64,000 nucleotides of DNA, taken from positions 21,885,360 to 21,949,359 of the forward strand of contig NC_043019.1 of the NCBI RefSeq assembly GCF_006345805.1, written 5' to 3'. This stretch comes from Octopus sinensis (lineage: Eukaryota). The notes below the pieces were generated by a model that was given only the letters and a program-made list of their open reading frames with translations, was not told the DNA's origin and ran no database searches. Positions 52,389 to 64,000 of the stretch are shown piece after piece. Made by a program: the position numbers and the translations under genes. Position 1 is the stretch's first letter. Every line of letters begins with the position of its first letter.

Positions 52389-55300
52389 ATTAACATTATA
52401 ATAATTGATATTCTTTTTTAATTCCTTTTAATTTTCTTTCATGCAATTTTCATATCTATATTCTTACTCAACTTAAAATATACAGCAGTAAGATATATGG
52501 AAGAATAGATAAAATTACAAAATGAGTAACTACTTGATACTTCTCACATACTTTTCATATATACTTATAGTTACTTTGAAAAAAATGTAAGTGTTCCATT
52601 ATTTTTAGTTCTGTCTGTTTGTGAAATGCAATAACTATTTTGGAAACAAATTCATCATAATTTTCCATGTATTTATAGCTTAGATAATATAACAAAAAAA
52701 AAAGATAAGCCAAAATAAAATAAGAGTAAAACTAATGATTTCTACATTGTCATGAGATTGCAAATTTTGGTGGATGAGTGGTAGCCAATGAAAGTGACCC
52801 CAGCACTTCATTGATATTTTATTTTACCAATCCAAGAAGAAGATGAATGGCAAAATTGAAATGAAAGGAATTAGAACTCAAGGACATTTTCAGTGTAAAG
52901 GGTTGTGTTATTTAATAACATACATTTTGTCTAATACTAACAATTCTACCAAAGTACACTGAATGAAAAGCTGAGAACAAGAAGGCAAATAAAGTTCCAA
53001 TATTAAATAGCAACTGCAGTATAGAAAAAAATAACAAGGATCACCTGAAATGAGGGGTCAACAACATCAGGTGATTCAGGGCATTCCACACACAATCTCA
53101 GTCAATCCTGACAAACCAAACCCAAGTTCCTTCTAGTCTTTACAACCAACCTCCATATCCCTCTTTTAATGATATTTGAAGAAGTTGATGAGAGAAAAGG
53201 CTCTATCCTCAAACCTATCTGTCATATCCATCAATACCTGATTGGTACTGAACCTTTAATTGCAGTTTGCCATCAGCTTGTGAAGAGATGTAACTAAGTA
53301 TTGCAAAAACATACTGTCTGATGCTCTACTGATTCTGAAATTCACAATACTTTTTTTATAATGGTAATAATGTTTACTGATTTTGGTACATGACCACAAC
53401 ATTTTGTGGGATATATGTATTTGATTTAATTGACTCTGGTAGCTGAATGAGAGAGCTGGACATCATTATTTAGACTAACTTTAAAAAAAGATCAATGAGT
53501 CAGTGTTCTAGATTAAAATTACAAGAGGTAAATTTTGTTTTTCATTTACTGAGATCAATAAAAGAATGGAGTTCATTATATCAAATACATTACTTCTCCT
53601 TGAGAAACAAATGGACCTGGTGTCAGCACAAACAATATTGTACCAAAGAACTATATGATTTACTTTATGGCAGCTCACTTTATGTTCAGAATTCTGCATT
53701 CAAATATCAGAGTGTTTTTGACTTTGCTCTTTCATCTTTCTAGAGTTAAGAATTAGTTGCATTAGTTGTTGTAGCAGCTGTTGTTGTTGTTGGTAGTGGT
53801 GTTGCTTAGCATCAAATTGGTTTTGATCAGGCAAGCTTGTGATCAAAAGCATTCAAACTATGACCATCCATATAATATGTATGGATGGATGTGTCTACGG
53901 ATATCTTTCACTGACGTCAGTAAAGAACATAAACAGCAGTGAGGAAAACCAACAATGAAAAAAAAGACACAAAAAAAAACAGTGCTTTATAAATGAAATC
54001 TCATGATATATTTGTTTTGCACTGGGTTACAGGCACTCCCTGGTCACTTTACCTTCAGAAATACAATGAACCAATAACTGACTCATTGTAAACCTGATTG
54101 TAGTGGCCCTCATATTAGATGAATTTTTTTAAAGACAGATATTGCAGTTATGGCTGTGTGGCTAAGAAGTTTGCTTTCTAGCCATGAAGTTTCAGGTTCA
54201 GTCCCACTGTATAGCAACTTAGACAGGAGTCTTATACTATTGCCTCAAGCCAACCAATGTTACTTTACAAGTAACATTGGTACATGGAAACTGTGCAGAA
54301 ACCTATCATATACATATAAAAAAACAAACATCTTTTTTAAGTCTGGTATTTATTTTATCAACTCCTATTTGTTGGACTGCTATGTTACAAGACACAGTTA
54401 ACCATGAACACAAATATACATGCACATTTGAAGAAAGCAGGTGGCCTAGTAAGGGTATTAGACTCACAATTGCTGGTTCAATTCCTGGAGCAGGTGATGA
54501 TCGTGTCCTTGAACAAGGTACATCATTTCACATTGCTCGAGTCTATTCAGCAGAAACCTAATGTTGTCACATCCTCAATGGCAAATACATGATACACGCT
54601 ACCAAATCATACTCGCTTGAGAGTGATAGCTAGGTTATATACATGCACCCACACATAATGGGTTTCCATTGAAGTTACTTGTCCAACATGCCACACAGTG
54701 AGATCAAACCCAAACCGCATCACTATGCTTGCTTTTTCTTTTAACAATGGCATTTTTACTTCTGTTGGAAAACTAAGAATGCTTTTCTTCAACACCTTAT
54801 AATTACTTGTTTTCTTATGTAAGAAACTTTTAAAATCAAAAATGACCGACAAAAACAGTACATGTGTTAGAGAGGTGGGTCTGTTAAATACAATGAAGCA
54901 GTTAGTTCAAAACATCACAGTTCTGAGTTCAATTCCTAATAGAAACTGACTTCTAAATTTCACACCAAGAAAAGTTTGTTTTTCAAATGATTGAGAAGCA
55001 AGTGTCTGTGTGGTTGACAAATTTGATTCCCATGTGGTTTTGTGTTCATCCCTATCTTAGCCCCAGGTCAACTGAACCATTGTGAGTAAATTTTGTAAAT
55101 GGAGGCAAAAAGAGGTCTCCACACTGTGTGCATGTGTGTGAGTGTGTTTTTTCTCTTGTAGTCTTGACATCATGGGTAGTTGCAAATTAATGTCACCATC
55201 ATACAAGCAATGTCATTCATTTCAATCTTTGGTGAAAACATGTCTGGCCATGTGGAAATATTACCTTGTTTTGTCGACAGAAAAGGTACCTGATCATAGA

Positions 55301-55427
55301 AAAACTTCCTCAATAAATTCTGTCAAGCATGGAAAAGTGGAAATTAAAACTGATGACGATGAAATATCAGTCATATAGTGAGGACAAACATTACACACAC
55401 ACATCTGTAGACACATCCATTCATGCA

Positions 55428-55458
<31 letters not shown>

Positions 55459-58195
55459 TCCTACCCTTTTCATAGTTGGCTCTGTTCCTAGTCAAGAGAA
55501 GAATCATTATTCATAAATGTTATTCAATGGATTATGAATTCCATCAGGAGAAAACCAATTTACTTCTGTCACTATAGATTTTGAGTAATTAGTTGAAGAC
55601 ATTCATATTTATCCCAAATGAATAATCTAAAGGGGGAATTTTTAGACACTGCTTGTGTCAGCTGCATACTAATTCTGAATAAAGTATAGTGAGCAATGCC
55701 CAACAGAGCAAGGTCATTGTTTAAATACATACACACATGCACAATTTTTTTCATGCACAAAACAAACAGAATGTAGGAGATCTTAGAGATAAATTTAATG
55801 TAGTTAGACATTAGCTTATAATGCCTATATAGCTACATTAGAGAAAAATACAAAAATGTAAGTACATCTTGTTATTCACTGCACAGACAAGAAAATATAG
55901 AGATTGCCCTTACATGCTTTATGACTGATTGGCTACTTTTCAGAGGGAAAACACTCTTCACCTTTCTGCCTATGAAGAGAACAAATATTATACAATATAT
56001 GCATATATCTCTCCAGAGTAGATGTTGCAGAAACTTATTATCAAGTCACTTGGTCATGTCACTAACACTGATGCCATGAAAAGAGTACCCAGTATACTCT
56101 GTAAAGTGATTGGTTTTAGCAAGGGCATCCAGCCATAGAAACCATGCCAGAGCAGACACTGGAGCTTGACACAGTCCTTTGGTTTATCAGATCCTTTTGA
56201 ACCATCCAACTTATGCCAGCATGGAAGATAGATGTTAAACGATCATGATAATAAATGTTTGGGTTGCAGTTCTAAGGAGGACGAACTGAACAAAGAGCTT
56301 TGAGCAGTGTCTGAATGAGAAAATGCAATAAAATGATGAGAGGAGGAAAGGGCTGTTTCATGAATTCCTGATAGGGTGAATGTACCCAGCTAATTTTTAG
56401 GGCATAGTCTTCCATCTATACTCTAAATTTAAATGCTATTATGACTGACACATAAGTATCAGTCAAGTCATGAAACAGAGGAACTTTCAATTATATTCTT
56501 AGCTTACATTTCTTTTTACCTCTCAGTAAAAAGGGAAGGGCAGTGCCCATGAAAGAAATCCAAAACTGGTGAGAGAAAAAGAGGAAGGTATCCTCCAATT
56601 AGAAACCTGACTCGAATACTTGCAACAGAATGGACTCCACTAAAAGAAACCGAGGTGCCAGATTGTGGCATTGAAGTGGTGATGAATTAAGTCTACCATC
56701 CAAGCAGGCCATGGAGGAATTTGAACTCAGAATGCAAACAACTGGAACAAATACAGCGTGTCATCTTGTCCAATGATCTAATGTTACCACCAGTCCACTA
56801 AATTGCCACTTTATTTATTGACTGCAGAAAGATGGAAGTTGACCCTGCCAGGGTTTGAACTCAGAACCCAAGGTGCTGGTAAAATACCACAAGGTACTTT
56901 GTCTAATGACTACCAATTTACCTTACAAATTTGTTCCTTACACCAATGTGAGAAATCAATATATACAGAATATAGACTTCAAATATCCACAATTACATCA
57001 TATGAATTTTTTAATTATATTTTCATTAACATTCTTCTCATGATAAATAAATTAATTTATTGTTAAAACTTATTTAAAAAGCTATTTCCTTTGTGTTTAT
57101 TTTTGAGTGCAGGAAATAAATAAAAACAAACAGGCATGGAACTCTATAATATTGTTAGATAATAGTATGTTTGCCATACTCAAACAGTTTTTAGAAAATT
57201 TTATACAGAAAGAACATTAGAAGTTTGTATATTTTATCATTTGAGTAATGATTTGAAATATAAATTTAAGATCAGTTACTAGCTCCTCGTGAGTAGTCCA
57301 ACACAAGTTTGTCTTCTTGTAATAAAAATACTAAATGGATTTCAGAAGTTAAAGAGAAATTCTATAGTCAAAGTGATACCAAGATGAATTTCTTATTGAA
57401 AGACAGACAAAAGTTTAATCCTTTTCATAGCAACTCACCTGTAACTGATCTTGGTTCTATGACACAAAGTTCCTGTTTTAAAGTGATCTAAAAGCTTTCA
57501 TGATAATTTATGTTCCAAATCCAAAGTTAATAACGACTATGTTGTCTTTATTAAATTTTTCATTGTTTTTGAAATTAATTGAAAGAAAGACAGTATTTTT
57601 CAATAGAAATATAATAACAAAAGGATTAAATATTGTATGATTATCAGTCTATGTGTTCTGTATTCACCTGAGATATCCCCACTATCCATTCTATATATGT
57701 ACACACACACAAACTTCTTGTTTTAAAGTAATCTAAACTAAAAAAAAGAAAAAAGCTTTCATCAAAATTTCATGTTAATCTACATTCCAAACACCAGTAT
57801 ATTAATGATGACAAAGTTCTTTTATTAAATTCTTCATTATTTTCAAACTTAATTGAAAGAAAGGTAATGTATTTCAACAGAAATATGGTAACCAAAGAAT
57901 CTATCAAGTTTCTGCAGTTTGTCCTGCAGGTTATCGATTGATATAGATTATATACTATGAGAGGGTCTCCTTGGAAAGGAAATGTTTCCTAGCCTGTTTT
58001 TGGAAAGCAATACATTCCCTAGCAGTTGACAGCAGATTTCCTTGTAAGCTTCCCACATTCCTATAGGATCGGACAAGAAGTCAGCCCCAGGTAGCACAGA
58101 TCCAAGTTACTGCAAATAAGTGTCGCTTACACTGTTATTTTTGAGCCAGTCAACATCCAGTCTGGGACTGGCTGCCTTCAGTCTCTGAAAACTTC

Positions 58196-58480
58196 ATTTA
58201 CATTTGACGGATATTTGTCCTCATCTTGTTTGTTGTTAACACAATGTTTCAGCTCATATACCCTCCAGCCTTCATCAGGTGTATTGGGGAAATTTCGAAC
58301 CTGGGTTCTCGTTCCTAAGGTATTTTTCAATATTATTATTATTATTCAGGTCACTGCCTGGAAACGAACTCAGAATCTTGGGGTTAGTAGCCCGTGCTCT
58401 TAACCACTATGCCATATGTCCATGGGCATATCTGTCAAATGTAAATAATGTACATAATTCCTCATCTCTTAAATATAGAA
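58196..58480 (-). mobile_element. tRNA-headed, hammerhead-bearing short element with Penelope-like inverted ends
   Basis: A box TGGCATAGTGG 58404-58414, B-box-like GTTCGTTTCC 58360-58369, (AAT)n, hammerhead, 19-bp inverted repeat 58196-58214 / 58428-58446. Confidence 0.65.
58239..58282 (-). ncRNA. minimal type I hammerhead ribozyme-like motif, canonical CUGAUGA core
   Basis: ACAC-CUGAUGA-A-GGCUG(loop)GAGCU-GAA-ACAU-U-GUGU. Confidence 0.6.
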
Positions 58481-58745
58481 GTGTCTTAAGACTTCAGTTG
58501 CACTCTCAGCCATAAGATGTCTATGACCAGTACCCAAGATACTAGCATCATGAAAAACCCTGTGGTTCTGTAGGAGTCTCCTACAAGTATGTGGTTGATC
58601 TCCTTTGCCACATGGCCAGTACTGGACTAGCAAGTCCAGTAATGCAGCTCAGGACATTGGTACCAGGAGCCAAGAATTCAAAGTCCATAGCTTTTGGCAG
58701 TAAATTAGCCAAAGGGCAGGAAGGTAGCCAGTGTTTATGGCATCA

Positions 58746-60170
58746 ATAGGGTGGGGACGATCAAGAAAGGTGGGCCGGCTGCAGTCTTGTTCTTGTGGCA
58801 GATCATCTGCTCAATCTGGAGCGTTGACATCTTACTGCTGGACAGGAAGAGAACCATACTTATCCCACTCCGGAAAGGTATGGGTGACTGCCATGACTGC
58901 AACAATTATAGCGCTATTACACTCCTCTTAGTGCCCAGCAAGGTCTTTGCAGAGTCATCCTGAACAGAGTGTGAAATCATCTGCTTATGTTTTTGGAGCC
59001 AGAGCTGTCAGGGTCCATGCCAAAGAGGCCAACTACTGACAGGATCCTGGCTCTTCATGTACTCATTGAATGCAAGCAGAACTTTCAATAAGGGCTGTTT
59101 GCAGCCTAGGTTTGCCTCGACAAGGCACTTGATAATGGACAGGGTATGTGCTTTGGAGGATTCTGGAGCTGAGAGGTATACATCCTCACCTGATTGGGAT
59201 GATGATGGCCTTATACTTAAGAACAGTCTGTGCTGTTCATATTGGGGGCTCAACTGAATTTTTCCCAGTCAGATCTGGGGCCCACCTTGGTTGCATCTTG
59301 GCTGAATGGTGATTCAATTCAGTTGTGGTGCTCTCATTGGGGAAACCAGGATTGCAGACCTAGATTTTTCTGATGATGCAGTTATTTTTGCTGAGTCTCT
59401 GGATGTCTTAAGGAGCACTCACTTTTCATGAGTGAGGAAATAGAACCACTTAGCCTTAGAGTCTCTCAGATAAAGACAAAGATCCAGTCTTTTGTTGACT
59501 TCTTGGAGGACTCCAACATGTCTGTCTCTGTTGCAAGTGAGAATATCGAAGTTGTTGGCCACTTCACTTGTCTCAGCAATAAGATTTACAGAGGTATTAG
59601 CTGCAAATATGAAATCGTACAAAGACTTGGATAAACTAGTGCAGTCATGGACTCACTTGACAAAGGTGTTTGGTGCTGCCGCTATCTGAGTAGGAGGATG
59701 AAGTTTCAGATCTTCGGGTTTCTCCTGTTCTATAGTTGGGAGACTTGCACACTGTCCAGGGATCTAAAGTGTCACCTGAACCCCTTTGGTACCAGGATGT
59801 TTCACAGGATTATTAGTTACCATGGACTGGATTTTGTATCAAACCAATGATTCTACTCAGAAACTGTGATGTGTCCTATTACTTGAATGATTCGAGAGCA
59901 CCAGCTCAGACTGTTTTGCCATGTCACTCAATTTTCTGAGTCAGACCCAGCTTACCAAGTTCTCTTCACTGAGGATCAGGTTGGGTTCATGGCTCTTGTT
60001 GGTCAACCACATGCCACATAGTTATGGCAAATGAGGAGTTATCTGGAAGAGATGGGGACTGACTGGGACTCTGCTCAATGGGTCTCCCAGGAGGACCTAG
60101 GAATATACCAACAAATGGTGAATGCAGCAACACACTGCAATGGCACATGTCCCCACACCTGACCTGATAC
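58746..60170 (+). mobile_element. RTE LINE reverse transcriptase pseudogene to the 3' end
   Basis: IPLRKG.GDCHDCNNYSAITLLLVPSKVFA; TDRILALHVLIE; IADLDFSDDAVIFAES; IREHQLRLF; tail acctgacctga; many stops and frameshifts. Confidence 0.92.
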
Positions 60171-63100
60171 ACTATAAATAATGCTGCTTTCATGAAAATA
60201 CCAATGCAGGACTTGGTAAAAATACATCGAGTCTATTTCGGTAAATGACATTAAGCAGATAAAGACAAAAACCCAACAGAAAAGGACACCAAATGGATAT
60301 TACAGGAAAAAACTGTTTTATAATGTCCTCATAAATACTTATAATAAAGTATCAACCATCAGATTTGAACTCATATCCTACAACCTCATTTCTTGATATA
60401 TTTATCTCTTGGCCATTTCACAGGCTAAGTGTAATTGAGTTAAGCAGAGAGGCATTGAGTAATGAATGCAAGTGTTATCAGTGCATCTGATAGACACATA
60501 AATATAAATATGTAATATGTAATATATAAATGAATGTTATATGGAGATGTATTAATAAAAATAAAAACAAATATATATGTAATAAACAGATTAATGTATT
60601 TTGAATGAAATGTAAGCAGAGTTATTAATATCAATTAATTAATGACAGTTTATTGACAAAACAAACAGAATATCACAAAAAAATGTTGCAGTATTTATTT
60701 CCTGTCAAGGTCAACTTTACATTCCACTGTTCTGAGATGGTCAATAAAATAAAGTAGCAGTCAAGTCCTGGAATCACTTTAATCAACTGTATCCTCCCCC
60801 AAAGTTTGTGTGGCCTCATAGCTAATTAAAGCAAATATTAGTTAATTAGGCTGAATACATAATAAAAATGTCTCATAACTCCTGAAGGCTTTTAAAAGGT
60901 TAATTTCACAGCTTTATGCAGGGGAAAACTAAATCACTGTTTCTATAGGACAACAAGCTGTTGCAGAGAGCCTTTCTAGATGAAATAGGTTACTTGACAA
61001 TACTCAGGTGGAACAAGTTGCTCAGATTTAAGTGTAATGCCAAAATATCTAATGACATACCTGCCATGAAGGTAAAGACCCATGAGATGATAATCCAATA
61101 TCAGTGATTTCACCAATATGCATACATGAAGGTCTGAAAGAATGTGCTTGTGTGTGTATTGAGTCAAAGCAGGAGCAAATATTTTAATTTTTAAAACAAG
61201 TCTATGAAGCAATTTTATCTCATACATTTCCACAGGTTCATGCCTTGCAATGGTGTGTATACATTTAGTATGATACACAGATAGCTATTTTAATCTAATG
61301 GTCTTTCAATTGCATATACTGAGTTTTTCTACAATCTCACAAATTTCCACATTAACAGTGAATGTTTTATTCACTGTTTCCTACAAACTCGCACACACAT
61401 GTACATGTGTGTGTCTATATAAGTGCATTTTTAAAATTTCATCTTGGAACTAGTTTCCAACAGTTGAAGTTATCTGCACTGTATTAGTAGTTGATCCAAA
61501 ACTACTACAACTTGATTCAATGAACTCAGAAGCAGCCTAAAACTACAAAAACATCCCTTGAAATTAATAGGCAATGCAAGTAAATTCTATGGAGCTGAAC
61601 ATATCTCCAAGAACATATCTCCAAGAGACTGATAGAATAAGTACTAGGCTTACAAAGAATAAGTCTTGGGGTCGATTTGCTCAACTAAAAGGCGGTGCTC
61701 CAGCATGGCCACAGTCAAATGACTGAAACAATTTGAGAAAAATATTACTATTTGTCAGCACATCTGATCAGAGAATGTTGAACATATTTACTATCATTCA
61801 AGCTGTGCTACCAATCCTGCTGCAAACAAAGCAGGACAAATGTAAGATTTAGTCAAAAAAGAAAACCCCTCAACAATCAAAAGCGAATGTGAAGCAAAGA
61901 ATTTTCAAAATACCCCACAAAGCTGAGAGATGACAAAGTTGTTAGAGTATTAGACACAATGCTTTGTGATATTTGTTGTGGATCTCTGTGTTCTTAGTTC
62001 AACTCCTACCAAAGTAAACTTCACCTTTTGTCAATTTGGGGTCAATAAAAAAAGTGTGCCATGCCAAAGTGGTGGACTACTTGAACTGTAAGAATGTCAA
62101 ACCAAATGCCTTGTGATATTTGGTCTGACTCTTGGCAATCTGAGTTCAAATCCTTCCATAATCTACTTGGGTGACAGGCTTAACCCATTGTCCAGTGTAA
62201 CACCACCACCTAACATACTTGGTGCATTTAGTGAAGTACACTGTAACAAATATTCAGGCCAGGTTTCTAGTTTGAAGAAAACTTTCTTCCCCAACACTCA
62301 CTCCTGGAAACTCTATAACAGGGTCATGGGAACTGCCTTCCCCTGATTAAAAAGACTTTTAAAAAATCTCATCACAAAATAATTCTGAATTTTCCCTTAA
62401 AACTTGTTAAGACAGCAGCTGTGAAACATGCAGTATAGACAACTTCAACAATCTAGAAACTAGTTTTGAGACAGAATTCAAGAACAGACGTTTCACATTA
62501 AATTCTGAAATGAACTACAAAACAGAAAATTTGGTATGTTGTATGAATACAACTCAATCACAAATCAAGGCACAACTGGTCTAATTATCAGCAACATTAG
62601 TAATTAATAGTTATGCATTATACAGTATATATTGGAAATTGTAGTCATGAAACAGTTGTAAAAGCAATTCCATTTATTTGTCAGTGCACGAAAACAAAAC
62701 TAAATTTACTTTAGTTCATATTTTCATAGCAAGAGTTTTTACAAAACTCCAGACACTTCTCAAATTTTCTTTTTATATATGCTATGTTTGAGCATAAATA
62801 TTTCTTTATATCGTGTGTGTGTAAAATAGAGTGTGTTTTTGCAGTGAAATGAATATAGTAATCAGTAAAAACTACAACCTGTCTTTCTTAATTAATTCAT
62901 GACAGACTTTGGAAAAAGACATGAACGTCACAAGCTCTTATATATCTCCACTCCTTAAACATTGTGTGTTTGTGTGTATGACTACATAAATAAATGTATG
63001 CAAAGTTAAAGAAGAATATTACAGTCAAGTCTCATTTTGTTTCTTTTTTTAATTTGCTGACAATTATGATCAGCTGATATATTTTGATTGGTCATGACAG

Positions 63101-63175
63101 AAAGAGAGTGGAAAAAAAAATACACTGTTCAGAATCTTTGGTCTGAGGAATTTTCAGGCAACTTTAAAAACACGG
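63101..63175 (+). CDS. candidate 75-nt phase 1-1 exon xREWKKKYTVQNLWSEEFSGNFKNT
   Basis: attttgattggtcatgacag acceptor, CGG|gtattt donor, open frame. Confidence 0.35.
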
Positions 63176-63541
63176 GTATTTGATAGCAGCTCTTGGATAG
63201 TTACACTTTATTGTGATAAAGTTCAAAGACAATGAGATACAAATAAGAAAAAAGCCAATGTAACTTTAAAAAGTTAAACTTCTCTTGAAGAAGAAGAAGA
63301 AAATTAATGAAAACCATGAAAATATGAATAACTGAAATCTCCAAATAACAAAGAAAATATCTATCTATAGCATCTTTATACAACAATATTGCATCATTTA
63401 ATATTTATATAAACTACAAAGGAAATATTGAAATAAAGAAAGGGAAGTAAAATGAGAGAGGGTTAGAAAGTATAATAAATTATAAATGCATTTATTATTC
63501 AAAGAACTTACAAAAGACATACAAATGCGTATTGTGATTAA

Positions 63542-63730
63542 ATCATCATCATCATCGTTTAACGTCCGTTTTCCATGCTAGCATGGGTTGGACGGTTCAA
63601 CTGGGGTCTGGGAAGCCAGAAGGCTGCGCCAGGCCCAATCTGATCTGGCAGTGTTTCTATAGCTGGATGCCCTTCCTAACGCCAACCACTCCGAGAGTGT
63701 AGTGGGCGCTTTTTATGTGCCACCTGCACA
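63542..63730 (-). mobile_element. SINE 3' fragment (family of 45590-46070)
   Basis: Matches 45600-45760 closely. Confidence 0.88.
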
Positions 63731-64000
63731 AAAAATGCAATAGATAATCATATTCTTGTGTGTAAAAATTTTTGTTTAAAATGTGGTTTCACTGGATTAA
63801 TTATGTATTAACAGAAGTCAGTAATTTTAGTATAAAGGGACATCATCTTTGATCTGCGGCAAAATAACTTCAAAAAATAAATGTTGGAAAACATTAGTTT
63901 TTTTAGAATGTTTTTGGCAAGTGAAACAACAACACCTGCATTTTGATATGAAAACATAAAGGGATCATCAAAATCTGTAGGCATGATAGCTGAAGAAAAG

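Larger units (their letters stand above)
57930..58745 (-). mobile_element. RTE LINE inverted 5' segment (endonuclease C-terminus plus linker), interrupted at about 58195-58480
   Basis: ILGSWYQCPELHYWTC*SSTGHVAKEINHILVG..LLQNHRVF..GTGHR; RLDVDWL...DPIGMWEAYK. Confidence 0.75.

Noticed and set aside
53495-53743. 82-aa ORF
   Set aside because: No recognisable motif; splice signals weak and conflicting on both strands
59008-59253. Minus ORF suggesting a second inversion within the RTE
   Set aside because: The plus strand here translates as a continuous RT remnant; the ORF is an antisense shadow

Overview
AT-rich, repeat-saturated eukaryotic DNA with no long intact ORF. The repeat families and dense (TA)n/(CA)n/(AAT)n/(ATC)n microsatellites look like an octopus or other coleoid cephalopod genome (inference, no database search). 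Most of the window is intronic or intergenic: dozens of tRNA-headed SINE copies from several families, MITEs, Tc1/mariner remnants (one DD37D/maT transposase fragment), a non-autonomous Helitron and three decayed RTE LINE fragments, one with a 5' inversion. Short exon candidates with good splice signals occur on both strands; I recognise no gene and these calls are low to moderate confidence. Most notable: (1) three minimal type I hammerhead-like motifs with an identical variant layout, one in a tRNA-headed element with Penelope-like inverted ends; (2) a minus-strand chain of 16-64 nt candidate microexons ending at a strong AG|GT (recursive-splice-like) site; (3) a circularly permuted inverted duplication bracketing one microexon; (4) a cluster of TTACATAATCA motifs. 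The supplied ORFs are mostly microsatellite or repeat artefacts. Repeat boundaries are approximate.
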